Assembly: GCF_018977255.1 (NCBI RefSeq)
Contig: NW_024704742.1
Location: forward strand, 132,310,001 to 132,374,000
DNA length: 64,000 nucleotides
DNA from: Callorhinchus milii
Lineage: Eukaryota
Direction of reading: 5' to 3'
Below, in pieces: positions 37,801-50,285 of this stretch (its first letter is position 1; each line of letters starts with the position of its first letter). Position numbers and translations under genes: made by a program. The notes under the pieces are model-generated. The model searched no databases, was not told where the DNA came from, and saw only the letters and a list, made by a program, of their open reading frames with translations.

Positions 37801-38142
37801 AATAAAGACCAATACACAGCAATGGTACAGTGGTACATAGTGTGAAGAATCATAAGTGAAAATGAGAGATAACATTGAGAAATTACACAGAGAAATATAA
37901 TACAGAGGAAAGTAATTGAAAGAAGATTGTAAATAACTAGATAAGCAAGTGATTTTTTTTCTAATTAACCTACATAACTGAATTAAAAATCTTTCGCACA
38001 AAAAAAATTAAAAGGTAACTAAGCCCCAATGGTCTTGTAATTCCTTTCATTACATTAGTTGTGCTGAATTCCATTTAATTACTATCAATGCTTTGCAGAT
38101 GTTCTGTTTATCTCCACTCAGAGCTCTCATTGTTTCCAGTGA

Positions 38143-38435
38143 TACAACAGCAACAACAACTTGAATTAATATAGTGTTCCTCACTTGGGGTAGCGTCCCA
38201 GAGCGCTTGACAGTGGCGGAGCATGACACTGAGCCAGGGGAAGGGGGAGGTGACCCTAGGCACGGTCGAAGAGGAAGGTCTACAGGTACGACCTGAAGAT
38301 GAGGAAGGAGGGGGCAAGGCAGATGGATAGAGGAAGAGTGTTCCAGAGTTTCGGGGAGTAGTGGCTGAAAGTGCAACCACCAATGGTGGAACGGAGGGCA
38401 CGAGGGACAATGCAGAAGGCCGGAGCCAGCTGAAC
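38143..38435 (-). mobile_element. L2 3' fragment with (CAA)n tail
   Basis: Similar to other L2 3' ends (gagtgttccagagtttcggggagtagtggctgaaag). Confidence 0.8.
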
Positions 38436-38612
38436 AGAGGCTGAACAGTGTGGGTTGGGGGGTATGGATCGAGATACATAGAGTGATACAACACAGAATC
38501 AGGCCATTCAGCCCAACTAGTCTGTGCCAGCGTTTATACTACACATAGGCTCCCTCCCCCATTTCCCTCTCCTATACCCCTTTATTTCCTTCTCCTTCAT
38601 CAAGATTTCTCT

Positions 38613-38930
38613 TAATAATAATAATAATCCTTGCATTTGATATAGCGCTTTTCACGTCAGGAGGACGTCCCAAAGCGCTTCACAGAACACACTGTAAAGT
38701 GAATTGACTGTATATTTGTGGGCGAACGCGGCAGCCAATTGCGCACAGCAATGTCCCACAAACAGTCGTAGATTGAAAATGACCAATTTATTATTGTTTT
38801 TGGTTTTGGAGGGATTATTATTAGGCGTATGGAGTAAGGAAACTTGCCCAAGGTTTCGCCCTCTGCCTGGAATTGATCTCAGGTCTCTCGCTTGCAAAGC
38901 GAGTGCTCTAACCACTGAGCTACAGGACTC
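38613..38930 (-). mobile_element. SINE family A short form (young)
   Basis: Full-length copy. CTCTTAA is repeated at 38609-38615 and 38928-38934 (probable TSD). Confidence 0.95.
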
Positions 38931-38936
38931 TTAACT

Positions 38937-39039
38937 ACAAGAGCAATCTACTATAAACAACCCAAACGAATAATTTCACTCCCTGGCACATCCCAACCTC
39001 TCTGATCTGCTCACACCCCACTCCACTACCCGCCACCTT
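38937..39039 (+). repeat. 103-bp direct duplication, copy 1 (copy 2 at 40856-40958)
   Basis: Ungapped match at offset 1919 with 3 mismatches by eye. Confidence 0.92.
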
Positions 39040-39749
39040 TGATGCTTTCTGCTTCAATCATTTGCTCCATGGCTGCTTGTGGGACATAACTGTGCGCAAA
39101 TTGGCTGCTGCGTTCACCTACAAAATACTCTGCTTTGAAGTAAATCCTGTGAAGCTCCGTGAGACGTTCTCCCAACGTGATCAGGTGTCTATATCGAATG
39201 TAAGGATTATTACAGATTATTATTATTATGATTATTCACAAAGTCTCCTGTGTTTCCCTGCAAAAAGCAGTCTCCGCATTTGGCAGCAGTTACTGTGAAG
39301 TGCTTTGAAGCTGGCTGACGTGTCAAGAGGAGCTGTATAAATGAGAGTGGGTTTTTCTTCCTTCCTCATCAGATGCGGGTGCCTGGAACTGGAATCAGTA
39401 TCATGAGCGTGCCGCTGATTATCCATTGTCCCTGCTGACATGGGGAATTCACACGCTGAGTTTCCGTGTAACAGACAGGATCTCCCTGTGGAGTCACTCT
39501 TACGCTGATGAGCCTATATCTGTAGACTGCTGCTGAGGTGATGTCTCGCACTGAATGTTTGGTGTCCCAGTTGTCAAGACGGAGACACATCAAACACAAG
39601 CAGTTTTGATCTGCGTTGACACTAATCTGCTTCACCCCACCAACGAGGAGGGCTCTGAACAGTCTCACTTGCCGAGATGCAAGATTTCACTGTGCTCGTT
39701 TGAGTTGTGTGACCGCATATTATTTCCATCCTTGTTCAATACTGTACAA

Positions 39750-40117
39750 TGGGAGCCCTGCAGCGTGCTGGTTAGAGCACTCGCCTCTAAGCGAGTGGAC
39801 TTGGGTTCGATTCCAGGGCAGGGCGAAACCTTAGGCAAGTTTCTTTAATCCACATGCCTCTGTTTATCTAGCAGTAAGCAGGAACCTGGATGTTAGTTGA
39901 TTGGCGAATCGCTTTCCGGGGGTAATATAATAATTTTTCAAAAATAATAATAATTTGGTCACTCAATACGCAACTTGTTTATAGGACACTGCTGTACGCT
40001 ACTGCATTTCAGCCACAAAATATACAGACAATTCACTTTACAGTATGTTCTGTGAATGATTTGAGACATCTTGATGACGTGATAAGACGCTATAACAAAT
40101 GCAAGGATTATTATTAA
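39750..40117 (+). mobile_element. SINE family A long form
   Basis: Diverged head, central segment, body and tail. Confidence 0.86.
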
Positions 40118-40855
40118 TACAATACAATTTACATTCATATGGCACCTTTCATGTCGAGAGGACATCTCAAAGCTCTTTGAGAGCACAAGGTGGGAGTCAA
40201 AAAGGTAGTGGGGAGGGGAAAGATGAAAGAAAGCGAGGTCAGAGAGATAGGTATTGTGACCTTATACGAGCTTGAATCATTTGTGGATGTGGAATATCCT
40301 TGTCAGGTGCAGTGGTTGAGATAGGACCCATACCAACTTTCAAGAGAGAACAAAAAAGATATCTAAAAAGGAGACATTTTCAGGTGTATGTGCTTTGGAG
40401 AAAGGCAAGTAAATGGGACTGGATGACTCAGAGGCAAGAGTGCTACCACTGAGCGAGGCTGACACAAAGTACTGGTACCTCCTTTGATGACAACTTCTAC
40501 ACAGCAATAATAATAATATATAATAAAAATCCTTGCATTTGATATAGCACTTTTCACATCTTCTAGACGTCTTAAATCTGCCCAGTAATACTACGAGGAT
40601 GTCTTGCAATGGTTGTTTCATCTTTAATATACCCAAGTGACTCATGAGCTAAAGATCAATAGTGTTCTGAAGAGATCCAGGCATTATCAGCTAATGAGCA
40701 CCATGTTAAATGTAATTATCCCGAGCTGTAGCTGATCACAAGCATAATAGCAAAGCAATGAGTTAGATTCTATGGCACTAAAGATTCATACCAGAACATA
40801 AAGCTATTCAGTTCTATATGAATGGCAAGTTGCTTGTAACTGTCATAGCTCCCCC

Positions 40856-40958
40856 ACAAGAGCAATCTACTATAAACAACCCAAATGAATAATTTCACTC
40901 CCTGGCACATACCAACCTCTCTGATCGGCTCACACCCCACTCCACTACCCGCCACCTT
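40856..40958 (+). repeat. 103-bp direct duplication, copy 2
   Basis: Matches 38937-39039. Confidence 0.92.
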
Positions 40959-40959
40959 C

Positions 40960-41225
40960 ACTCAGCTAGCTTTGGTCTTCTGCACGTTTCTCGTCCCCTC
41001 TGCCACCGTGCCCTGAAACTCTGGAACTCCCCGCCTCGCTCCCTCTGTCTTGCCCCCTTTTCGCCCATTTTCAAACTACATTTGAAGATTTTCCTTTTCA
41101 ACGGTACCTTTGGTTACCTCCCTTTCCTTTCCAGCTCGGTGTGAAACCACACCACTGTTAAGCGTTCCGAGACACTTATTGCGTGACGGGCATTATATAA
41201 ATGTAAGTTGTTGTTCTTGTTGTTC
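40960..41225 (+). mobile_element. L2 3' fragment
   Basis: ccctgaaactctggaactccc...ttgaagattttccttttc...tataaatgtaagttgttgtt. Confidence 0.72.
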
Positions 41226-42369
41226 GCTGTTCTTTGCAAACCTATTATTATGGAGAACATTCATTAGGGGGAAGGAATAATAATAATAATAATAATAATA
41301 ACAATGCTTGCATTTGATCATTTAATATCGTACCTTATCATGTCATCAAAACATTTCAAACCCAGTAGCCTCAGTTTAACGTCTGATCCGAAGGACAGCA
41401 CCTTCTGATATTACAACTCACCACCAACACTGCACAGGAGTATCAGCCTAGACTTGTGAGTTGAGTTCAAAGTCCCGACGTGAGGTTTGAACCCACAACC
41501 CTCTGATTCAGAGGTGAGAGTGCTATCAACTGAGCCAGGCTGACACCTATTGGATGACAAACATGTGGATTATGTGTTCACTCTTCGTATGAGCCCAATG
41601 TAACTCCACCGCCAACCCCTCCCATCTCCCACCCTCACCCATTCATAATAATAATCCTTGCATTTGATATAGCTCCTTATCACGTAGATGAGACGCCTCA
41701 AAGCTCTTCACAGAGTATTTGGTAAAGTGGATTGACAGTGCAATTTGTGGGCGAAATGTTCATAGTTTCCTTCCTTCAGCTCCTCCTATGGCATCACATA
41801 CGCTCAAAACAATGGCACTTTCCCCAACAAACAAGGGCAGATGGTCACCTTCACCAATAGCTCTAGAAATGGGCAGGTTTCCATCAGAGAGACGGAGGAG
41901 CAGCAGGCATGGTCTCCAGCCAGCAATGGAGAGGCTATGACGTACATCACTGTCATCCTTGGCAGAGGTCCTCAGAAGCAACCCGTCACCACCTCCTTAA
42001 TTGCAAAGTTACAACCTGAAGCCAGCCCCGGAGCACGGACAAGCTCGAGTGATTTAATTTTAGTTATAGATGCCTGCACATTGCAACTTCTATCATACAA
42101 TAATGATAACAATAATAATCCTTGCATTTGATATGGCGCCTTATCACATTTTAGAGACGTCTGAAAGCGCTTCACAGGATATACTGTAAAGTAAAATTGA
42201 CTGTATATTTTGTGGGCGAAACGTGGCAGTCAATTGTTCACTGCAGTGTCCCACAAACAGTCGTGGATTGAGTGACCAATTTATTATTATCAATTGAAGC
42301 GGTAGGAATTATTACCCCCAGAAAAGCAATCCGCCAAACACTAACCACCCGGCTCCTACTCACTGATAG

Positions 42370-42641
42370 GCTGAGCCAATAGAAAAGTGCGGGTGCACAC
42401 TCTCCACATTTTCCCCTACAAACAGCCACTTGGGTACTAACCGTTAAACAACAGTACGCTCGACCCTAGGCCTCTCACACTGTTTTCTGGACTCTACTGT
42501 GGCCAGAGCGACTCCGATCGGAGTGAACTTTGGGATCGCGGAAGCAATGTGCACGGGAAATCGACTTCGCCGGTAAGTAAACCTCAATAGGAAAAGCAGC
42601 TGCGTCACACACTACTGTACTGCGACGAATTCTTGGTAAGT
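42370..42641 (+). promoter_or_regulatory. Candidate CpG-enriched promoter and first non-coding exon
   Basis: About 16 CpGs in roughly 250 bp of non-repeat DNA. AGCCAATAG, TAACCGTTA, GCGGAAG and TGCGTCA motifs. Two GTAAGT donors at 42573 and 42636. Confidence 0.45.
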
Positions 42642-43702
42642 CCTGCCCTGTTCAAATTGAAGTATTTCGTATTTAAACATAACTACATTTTCAGGAAATA
42701 TATACACCTATAGTTTTAATCAGGGCTGTCTCACTTTTTAGGTTGTACAATACAAAAATGTCCACACGTTTTTGTAATTCCCGTGAAGAAGCCAAGGGGC
42801 AGCACGTCTCATTTTCCGTCCGCTCTATCCAAGTGACCTTTGTGAAGAAGGGGGGCAGTTGTTTTGCCTTGTTTGTTGTCACACAATTGACCATGTTCAC
42901 AAGTACACGATTGATAAGCACATGAAACCTTGGAAACACTGTGAACGCAAGGCAACGGCAATAAAAAAAAGAAGGTAAAATACTTTTGATATATATAATA
43001 TTAAGTGAAAATGTATCATTATTTGCTTTCACTTTAATTTCGAAAGAAAATGAAGATTTTCCTTTCTTTTGCATTAAAAATTTTTGGTTGTTTTATTATG
43101 ACTAACCCGCCCTTCAGTGTGAAATGAAATGTGTGTGGAAACAGCTCTGGTGATTTATTTAATGATGTTATTTAGCACTTTCATTCACAGGCATATGGGC
43201 AGTAAAAAAAACTCTGGGACCTGGGTCAGATAACTCAATGAGTGAAAAGTTCAAATAACCTCACAATGTAAATCATAAGACCATTCTTGCTCAGCAGCTC
43301 AATCTTATTACTGGGGGAAAAAATAATGCCTGACCTGTGTCTATCTGATAGGGAAAGAGAGGTGTGAGTGAGTTAAAGAAGCAGAGGGTGCTTGCAAGCA
43401 AATAAATGCTGTTGACAAGCAGGCAGAGAAACATTAGGCCTGAGATTCCAGTCTTAGACTGTAAGACTATTTGGTTTTCAAAATTTAAGACACCGCAAAA
43501 TTGTGGAAAATCCTTTATTCCACATCGGCATTGAACTCACATAGTCGCAGCTGACTCTCCAATGCACTGCTGGAAGGGCGTTGCATTGTCGGAGGTGCCA
43601 TCTTTTGGATTAGACGTTAAACCGAGGTCCTGTCTGCCTATTCAGGTTGATGTTAAAGATCCTGTGACACTATTCGAAAAGAGAAGGGAGTTCTCCCAGT
43701 GT

Positions 43703-44054
43703 TAGTTAAATACAGTACCCCAATGCACAGTCAGGGGTCCCTAAGCCATAGATCTTGCCAACCTGCACCTAATATTTTTCAGAATTATGTAAGCAGGATG
43801 GGTCCCTCCAGGAATAGAGTGTACACTCCATCCCAACAATCTATCTTTGGGATTTCCATGTGTAGGTGGGATGCATGGAATTCTCAGTTTGGTTTGGATA
43901 CTCTTAAGCACGGTGATGGGTTTCCAATTGTGTCAGACACCCGGGCAACCAAAAACAAATACACTTCAGCAAACTACAATCTGAAATCAAAACCATTGTG
44001 TTCAAATGTAAGCTTTAACACAGTGGTCTTGGAGCTACAACTTGTGAGAAATGT
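43703..44054. mobile_element. Unclassified 352-bp insertion in a family B SINE, member of a dispersed repeat
   Basis: CAGTGT is duplicated at 43697-43702 and 44055-44060. The internal part matches 19580-19715. Confidence 0.65.
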
Positions 44055-44719
44055 CAGTGTCCTGGTCAACAATTCCCGCAAACTTGCTTCTTGGATGTAG
44101 GTGGGATGTTGCTGTGCACATATTCTGCCATGTTTGCCCACAAAACACAGTCACTGCACTTTGCAGCGTATCATGTGAAGCGCTCCGAGATGCTACCCCA
44201 TGTGAAGGGTATCATATGAATGCAAGTTGTTGCTGTTGATGTATTTTGAGACATCTGGACACCATTTAAGAAAAACATGCAAGGCGTTGTATCAAATGTA
44301 AGGGTTGTTTGTCACTATTGCTATTATTTGTCTGTTCTTTCCTACTTGTCCTTCAATCCTCATTCACAAACATGTTGGTAGTACAATCGTCCATGGAAGC
44401 ATTCAAGGTTTATTCAGCATGTTTGTGACACATCCTTGTTGGTATCAGTTTGATTCATGAACATTCATCCTGCAGCACTGCATCATCCTCAGGCTTCCTT
44501 TTGTCTTCTTTCAAAGACGACTGGACAAGATAATGATGCTTAAGAAAGGTCTCTTTTCTGCTGCAGTAATTTGATTGGTTTCCACCATTGCGCTTCCCCT
44601 TATTCATTCGAAACAGCATTTTACGTCTGCACTTCTATTCGTCACTCTCGGGTTTGGCATTCTTCAACCGCTTCCAGGAATTATGGGGATAAGTTATGTG
44701 CACTTATTATGGGGTGTTT

Positions 44720-44947
44720 CAACAACAACAACTTGTACTTATATAGCGTCTTCTACCCAAGGTAGCGTCTTAGAGCGCTTAACAGTGGCGAAGCCTGACT
44801 CCGAGCCAGGGGGCGAGGGAGGAGGTGGCCGTAAGCACGGTCAAACTGGTAAGTTTTCAGGCGGGACTTGAAAGAGGGGAGAGAGGAGGCAAGGCGGAGG
44901 GATTGAGGGAGAGTGTTCCAGAGTTTTGGGGCGTCGTGGCTGAAAGG
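44720..44947 (-). mobile_element. L2 3' fragment
   Basis: Translation FSHDAPKLWNTLPQSLRLASSLPSFKSRLKTY. (CAA)n tail. Confidence 0.82.
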
Positions 44948-45265
44948 GTGATCTCTTTTTCTCCCTTCAAGTAATGCCATGGGATCTATGATACTCACTT
45001 GAACACGGAGGCAAGACCTCAGGTTAAAGTCTCATCTGAAGGCCCCCACCTAGAATAATGCACCTCTCGTCCCAGCAGTCCATTGGAATGCCAGTCTAGA
45101 TGACATGAGTTCAAAGTCCCGACGTGGGGTTTGAACCCAGACGCTTCTGACTCAGAGGTGAGAGTAATACCAACTGAGCCAGGCTTCCTACTTATACCTC
45201 CATCTGTATCTACCGTAATTACTTGTGACGTGCTTTGAGACATTTTAATATAATTGCCATCAACA

Positions 45266-45287
45266 GATATATATATATATATATATA
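45266..45287. repeat. (TA)n microsatellite
   Basis: atatatat run seen directly. Confidence 0.9.
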
Positions 45288-45899
45288 GATGGGGCACCCC
45301 CTCAGTGTTGGTTGGTAAATCCTTTTTCTTGAGTGCTTCTAGCAAAATTAAGTCACACTCAATGAGAAAGGTCATCTCAGTCATCTCTACTCATAATATT
45401 TGCTACATCTACCATCCTATCGCTGGTAATTTCCTTTTATAATAAATAATAATAATCCTTACATTTGATACAGGGCATTTCAGATCTGGAGGATGTCTGA
45501 AAGGGCTTCATAGGATATTCTGTAGAGTGTAATGATTGCGTGATTCATAGGTTGAATGGGTTGAATCACAAGTCATTGGATTGGACTGTGCATATCCATA
45601 ACCACACCGCATTTACCACTCTTCTAATAATAATAATCCTTGCATTTGATATAATGCCTTATCACGTCTTCGAGATGTCTCAGAGTGCTTCACAGAATAG
45701 ACTGTAAAGTGAATTGACTGAATATTTTGGGGGCTTCTAGTTCAGAAAGACATGGTATTGATTTCAGATGAGATGGCTAACTGAGGTCCTGACTGCCTGT
45801 CCTTCAGGTGGACATTCTGGACACCGTAAAATAAAGAGACTGCCCAGACCAGAGGTAATGCAGAGATCTTAGAGGCAAATCTTATGCTATGAGGATGAT

Positions 45900-46270
45900 C
45901 AGCAGTGTTAGAGGAATGAGCTGTGAGCAAAGCTTCAGCAAGCTAGGGCTCTTGAGAGAAGGCACCTCAGGGAAGACCTCATAGAGATGTATAACATTTT
46001 AAATGGGATTGAAAAAGTAAACCACGATCAATATTTAGAATGCAGCAAGACAGCAGAACAAGAGGATATAGGTTTAGAGTTGTAAAGAAGAATTTCAGGA
46101 CAGACACCAGGAAGTTTTTCTTTACCTAGCAGGTAATCGTTGTTCAATTAAGGACTGGCATCATTTAAAGAGCGATCAATGCTGTATTGGAGGGAAGGTA
46201 GGGTGGGTGTTCTGGAAGGCTGAGATCAGACAGGACAAAGGGCTTTCTTCATCTAAAATAATCTTGGGAC
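45900..46270 (+). mobile_element. Old CR1 3' fragment
   Basis: Degenerate CR1 C-terminus (agggaagacctcatagagatgtataacattttaaatggg, acaagaggatatagg, aggaagtttttcttt). Confidence 0.7.
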
Positions 46271-47870
46271 ATTGAAAATTCCACAAACCATCTAGAAATA
46301 AAAGAAATTTCATTTGATATAGTGCCTTATCACTTCATTGAGACGTCTCAAAGCACTTCACAGAATATATTGTTAAGTGAATTGAATGTATTTTGTGGGC
46401 AAAACGTGGCAGGCAAATGCACTCAGCAGTGTCCCACAGACAGTCATGGATTGAGTGACCACGTTTTTTGGGGGCGAGAGATTTTTACTCCCGTAAAGCG
46501 ATGCGTCAATCGACTGACATCACCACAAACAGCAAATTATTTTGGGGGTAGCTATTTTGTGGGCGTTTCACCATCAAAAATATGCAGTCAATACACTTTA
46601 CAGTATATTCTGTGAGACGCTTTGAGACATCTTGAAGACATGATGAGGCACTATATCAAATGCAAGGATTATTAATGTTATTATTTGGAATGGTGGACAG
46701 AGGGACCAGGGCATAGTTGGGCAATGATAGGGTGGGGGTGGGGGAGGAGAGGGGGTGAAAAAGGGGTGTTCAGGTGAAACTCTAAGAGAAATAATAATCA
46801 TAATAATAATAATAATAATGATAATAATCCTTGCATTTGATATAGCGACCTATCATGCCTTCGAAACGTCTCAAAGTTCACCCAAAATATTCACCCAGCC
46901 AGGAAACCATCCCTTCAATAGGCTTTAATGTTTGAGGCTCAAATCAAATGTAAAATAATGGAGGGCACTATATCTTTGGTCATTCAACAATTACCTATCA
47001 CACAGCAGGGCTCTGTGCTAAGCCCCACAGTATTTTAAGACCTCTAGTTGTCAGTCTGGTTATGGGAAAGATGAAATCCCCAGAGCAGGCTGATGGACTG
47101 ACTTGCCAGCTACTGAAAAGGAAGAATTTGACACTCAGGCGTCAAAGCTTTATACTGTACTCACGTCCCCAACTGCTGCTGAAAACGCTGCACAATTCAC
47201 ACATGTTTTCCTCGCTTATTGTGCTCCCCGAATGGCATTTCTTGTTGTTATTGTTGTTATTGTTGTCGCTCTTCTTACTTTTTATAAAGCACAAAACGTT
47301 AATGGGAGCAAGACTATTGTTATGTGAATCTGAAATTGCAGGGAGATTGAAAGAAACGAATATCTCAAACATGGGCGCAGGTGCGCACACACACGAGCGC
47401 TTGCTCAAGAGAGAGAAAGAGAGAGAGAGAAATAACACATAAGAAAATAGCTTTTCTGCTTCATTAATAGGCTGGTCCCAATCCAGGTTTGGGTGTTGTG
47501 GGTCCATTGTCACAGGCCTTTTGCGCAAAACATTTGCAAAATCTGGCATCGGCACAAACCATTCTCTGAATGTAGAGTCAATGACATGTGTTATGAAAGC
47601 AAAATCACCTCTATTCATCATTTTTGGCTTGTCAGTTCTTACAAGAGGGGCTGAAACACGCAGTTGCATGGCCAGGCCAAAGGGAATGAAACCATGGCCT
47701 TCAACATCTACCCCCACAATCCCCCTCCGCCCCCCCCCCCCACACACACACACATATTGTGGGCACAGCTTCTGGTGAAGACATTAAAGAGGAGAAAAAG
47801 TCTGCGATTGCCTTGAAAAATTTGTTATGAAAACAGAAATGCAAGCAACTCAATAAGAATCCGATCTGAT

Positions 47871-48245
47871 GTAATAATAATAGTAATCCGTGCATTTGAT
47901 ATAGCGCTTTATCACTTCTTCGAGACATCTCAAAGTGCTTCACAGAATGCACTGTATAGTGAATTGACTGTATATTTTGTGAGCAAAACATGCCAGCCAA
48001 TTGCGCACAGCAGTGTCCCACAAACAGTTGCGGATTGAGTGACCGATTTATTATTATTATTTTTTAAGGAATTATTACCCCCGGAAAAGTGATCCGCCAA
48101 TCGACTAACAACTGGATTCCCACTTACTTTAGGTAAACAGAGATGTGTGGAGTAAGCAAACTTGCACCAAGTTTTGCCCTGTCAGGGAATCGAACCCAGG
48201 TTTTTCACTCTCAAGGCGAATGCTCTAACTACTGAGCTATAGGCC
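47871..48245 (-). mobile_element. SINE family A long form
   Basis: Full-length reverse-complement copy, head-to-head with a family B copy. Confidence 0.88.
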
Positions 48246-48258
48246 TCTGAATGTGTCT

Positions 48259-48730
48259 CAGCTTGGCTCAGTTGATAGCACTCTCATCTCCGAGTCACAA
48301 GATGGTTGCCTCTGGGTCATATTTTGGACTTCAGCCCCATATTGGGACATTGAATGCATATAATAAGTAAAATAAATAATAACAGCTATAATCTCCAACG
48401 CAGTGCTGGGGGGAGCGCTGAATTGTTGGAGGTGCCGTCCTTCGGATGAGACATTAAACTGAGCTCCCATTTATGCCTTTTCAGATGGATGTTATGGATC
48501 TCATGGCACTATTCGAAAAGAGAAAGGAGTTTCTCCCACTGTCCTGGCTGGCAATGCCTCAAATTGGTCACACTTCCTAACTGTTTGTGGGACATTGTTA
48601 TGTGCAAATTGACTCCTGCGTTTGACTGCAAGATAGTAAAATCTTTGGAATAAAATCATGTGGGATGCTTTGAGACGTCTTGACGACATGATAAAAGCAC
48701 TGTGTCAGATGCGAGGAGTATTATTGTTAT
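48259..48730 (+). mobile_element. SINE family B (DeuSINE/SacSINE1-like)
   Basis: Head ggctcagttgatagcactctcatctccgagtca. Body ggaggtgccgtccttcggatgagacattaaac..catggcactattcgaaaagagaa..tgtttgtgggacattg. L2-like tail. Family name is from recall of shark SINE consensus. Confidence 0.82.
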
Positions 48731-50202
48731 TGTCCCTGGAAGAAATGGAAGATAATGTCTTCAAGCATCAGGGAAGGTAATGCATCCCCTTTTCTGCTTT
48801 GTCTCTGAAAACTCAGCACTGGGAGACATTGGGACTTAGTTCTTATTAACCGTGTGTTTGCCAGGGTGTCTTTCCCTTTCTGTCTTTAAATTCCCTGCCG
48901 TATTGAGCATAGCCAAACAGATGTCTACATAAAATCTTGCAGCCATGCCATTGCCTCCCTCTCTGTAAAGGTTCACATCTTTGCAGATGAAACTCAAGTC
49001 AATGCCTCCAGTCAGCTTCGCACCAGACCAGATACCAATAAATTGTTCAAATCACATTCCTTAATTCTGTCGATATTCTTCCCTTCGTTGTTCGAACACC
49101 CAGCCTGAGGGTCAGCCCCAATCCAGCCGTATATATTTTTTGATCTCTTAAACTAGCAGTTAAATCTCGGGCTGTCTATCTAGTTTGCTTTTTAAGCATG
49201 GAGATCTGTATAGGCCTTTCATCTCTCTCTCTCTTTCACTCTCTCTCTAACACAGATCCTCACATTTGATTAATGTCCTTCCACATCTTGCTCTGCTATT
49301 ACTCACTGCAGGCTCTGTCTAATGGCTGCCCACATTGAGCCCAAAGCGTCTCCTTTAGAATTTCGCCAAGGCTCACAAGATCACAAGAGGAAGTTCAGAT
49401 GAAGCATTTGCCTATGATGCGCTTTGAGATATTTCGATATTTCGATGCTATAAACACTATCACAACCCTTGCATTTCAAGCACTTCCAAGTATAAAACTC
49501 AGAAAACCATGAGCATGAACAGAGTTCTTCTTCAGCTGCCGGAGAGAGCTGTTTTTTTGGAGCAGGAAGTTTCAATCCTGTTTCCCTGCTCTACTGCTGG
49601 AAGTTGTGACAAAATCAACAGCAGTGTAAGTGTGTCATTAATGCCATTACTATCACATAGATCATCAATGAGCTTCCAGCAAAACGCTTTGAGATGTGTT
49701 CTCGATGTGAAATACAACAAGTTGTATTTATATATAGAACCTTTGAGGCAGGATAGCGCCTCGGAGGGTTTAAGGTGCCAAATCACATTGGATTGCATCA
49801 GTTGCATAGGATAATAAAAAGGCACTATATCAAAGTGCCCCACAAAACATTAACCAATTAGAAATGAAGATTGTTATTATTTGGAGAAGGAAACCACAGA
49901 ATACTTTAAGTGGAATATTACAATTTTAATAACTGGAATGTGACTCATTCTAGGACATGCGATAGGCAAAAGGACATGCTTGAAAACAAAGGTCTGTTGG
50001 AGTGAGTTGTTGGCCAGCGAGTGTGAATGATCCTCTGTCTCACGTTCTTCTGCATGTTTTATTACTGCTTTTTTTTAAAGTTTTGGTCAGCCGGGTGTCT
50101 GACAAATTTAAAAACCCATCACCATCCTTCAAAGCAGTTAGAACAGACTGAGAGCTCCGCATACGTATGTCATCAACGCCATCGAAATTTTTACATACAA
50201 AC

Positions 50203-50285
50203 GCACGCTCACACACACACGCACTCACTCACACATGCACTCACACACACACACACACACATGCAGTCACATACACACGCGCACA
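50203..50285. repeat. Imperfect (CA)n microsatellite
   Basis: Runs of CA and CACT seen directly. Confidence 0.9.

Noticed and set aside
47142..47753. 203-aa minus-strand ORF
   Set aside because: It runs through (CA)n, (GA)n and (AAC)n simple repeats, has no recognisable domain and starts at a non-ATG codon in a microsatellite.
48900..49100. Apparent splice acceptor and exon (ctttgcag|atgaaactcaag)
   Set aside because: It translates to HIFADETQV, a decayed L2 RT YADDTQL motif.
49381..49843. Overlapping Cys-rich minus-strand ORFs, possibly a transposase or zinc finger
   Set aside because: No catalytic or zinc-finger spacing that I can recognise, and the 5' part is SINE/L2 tail sequence.
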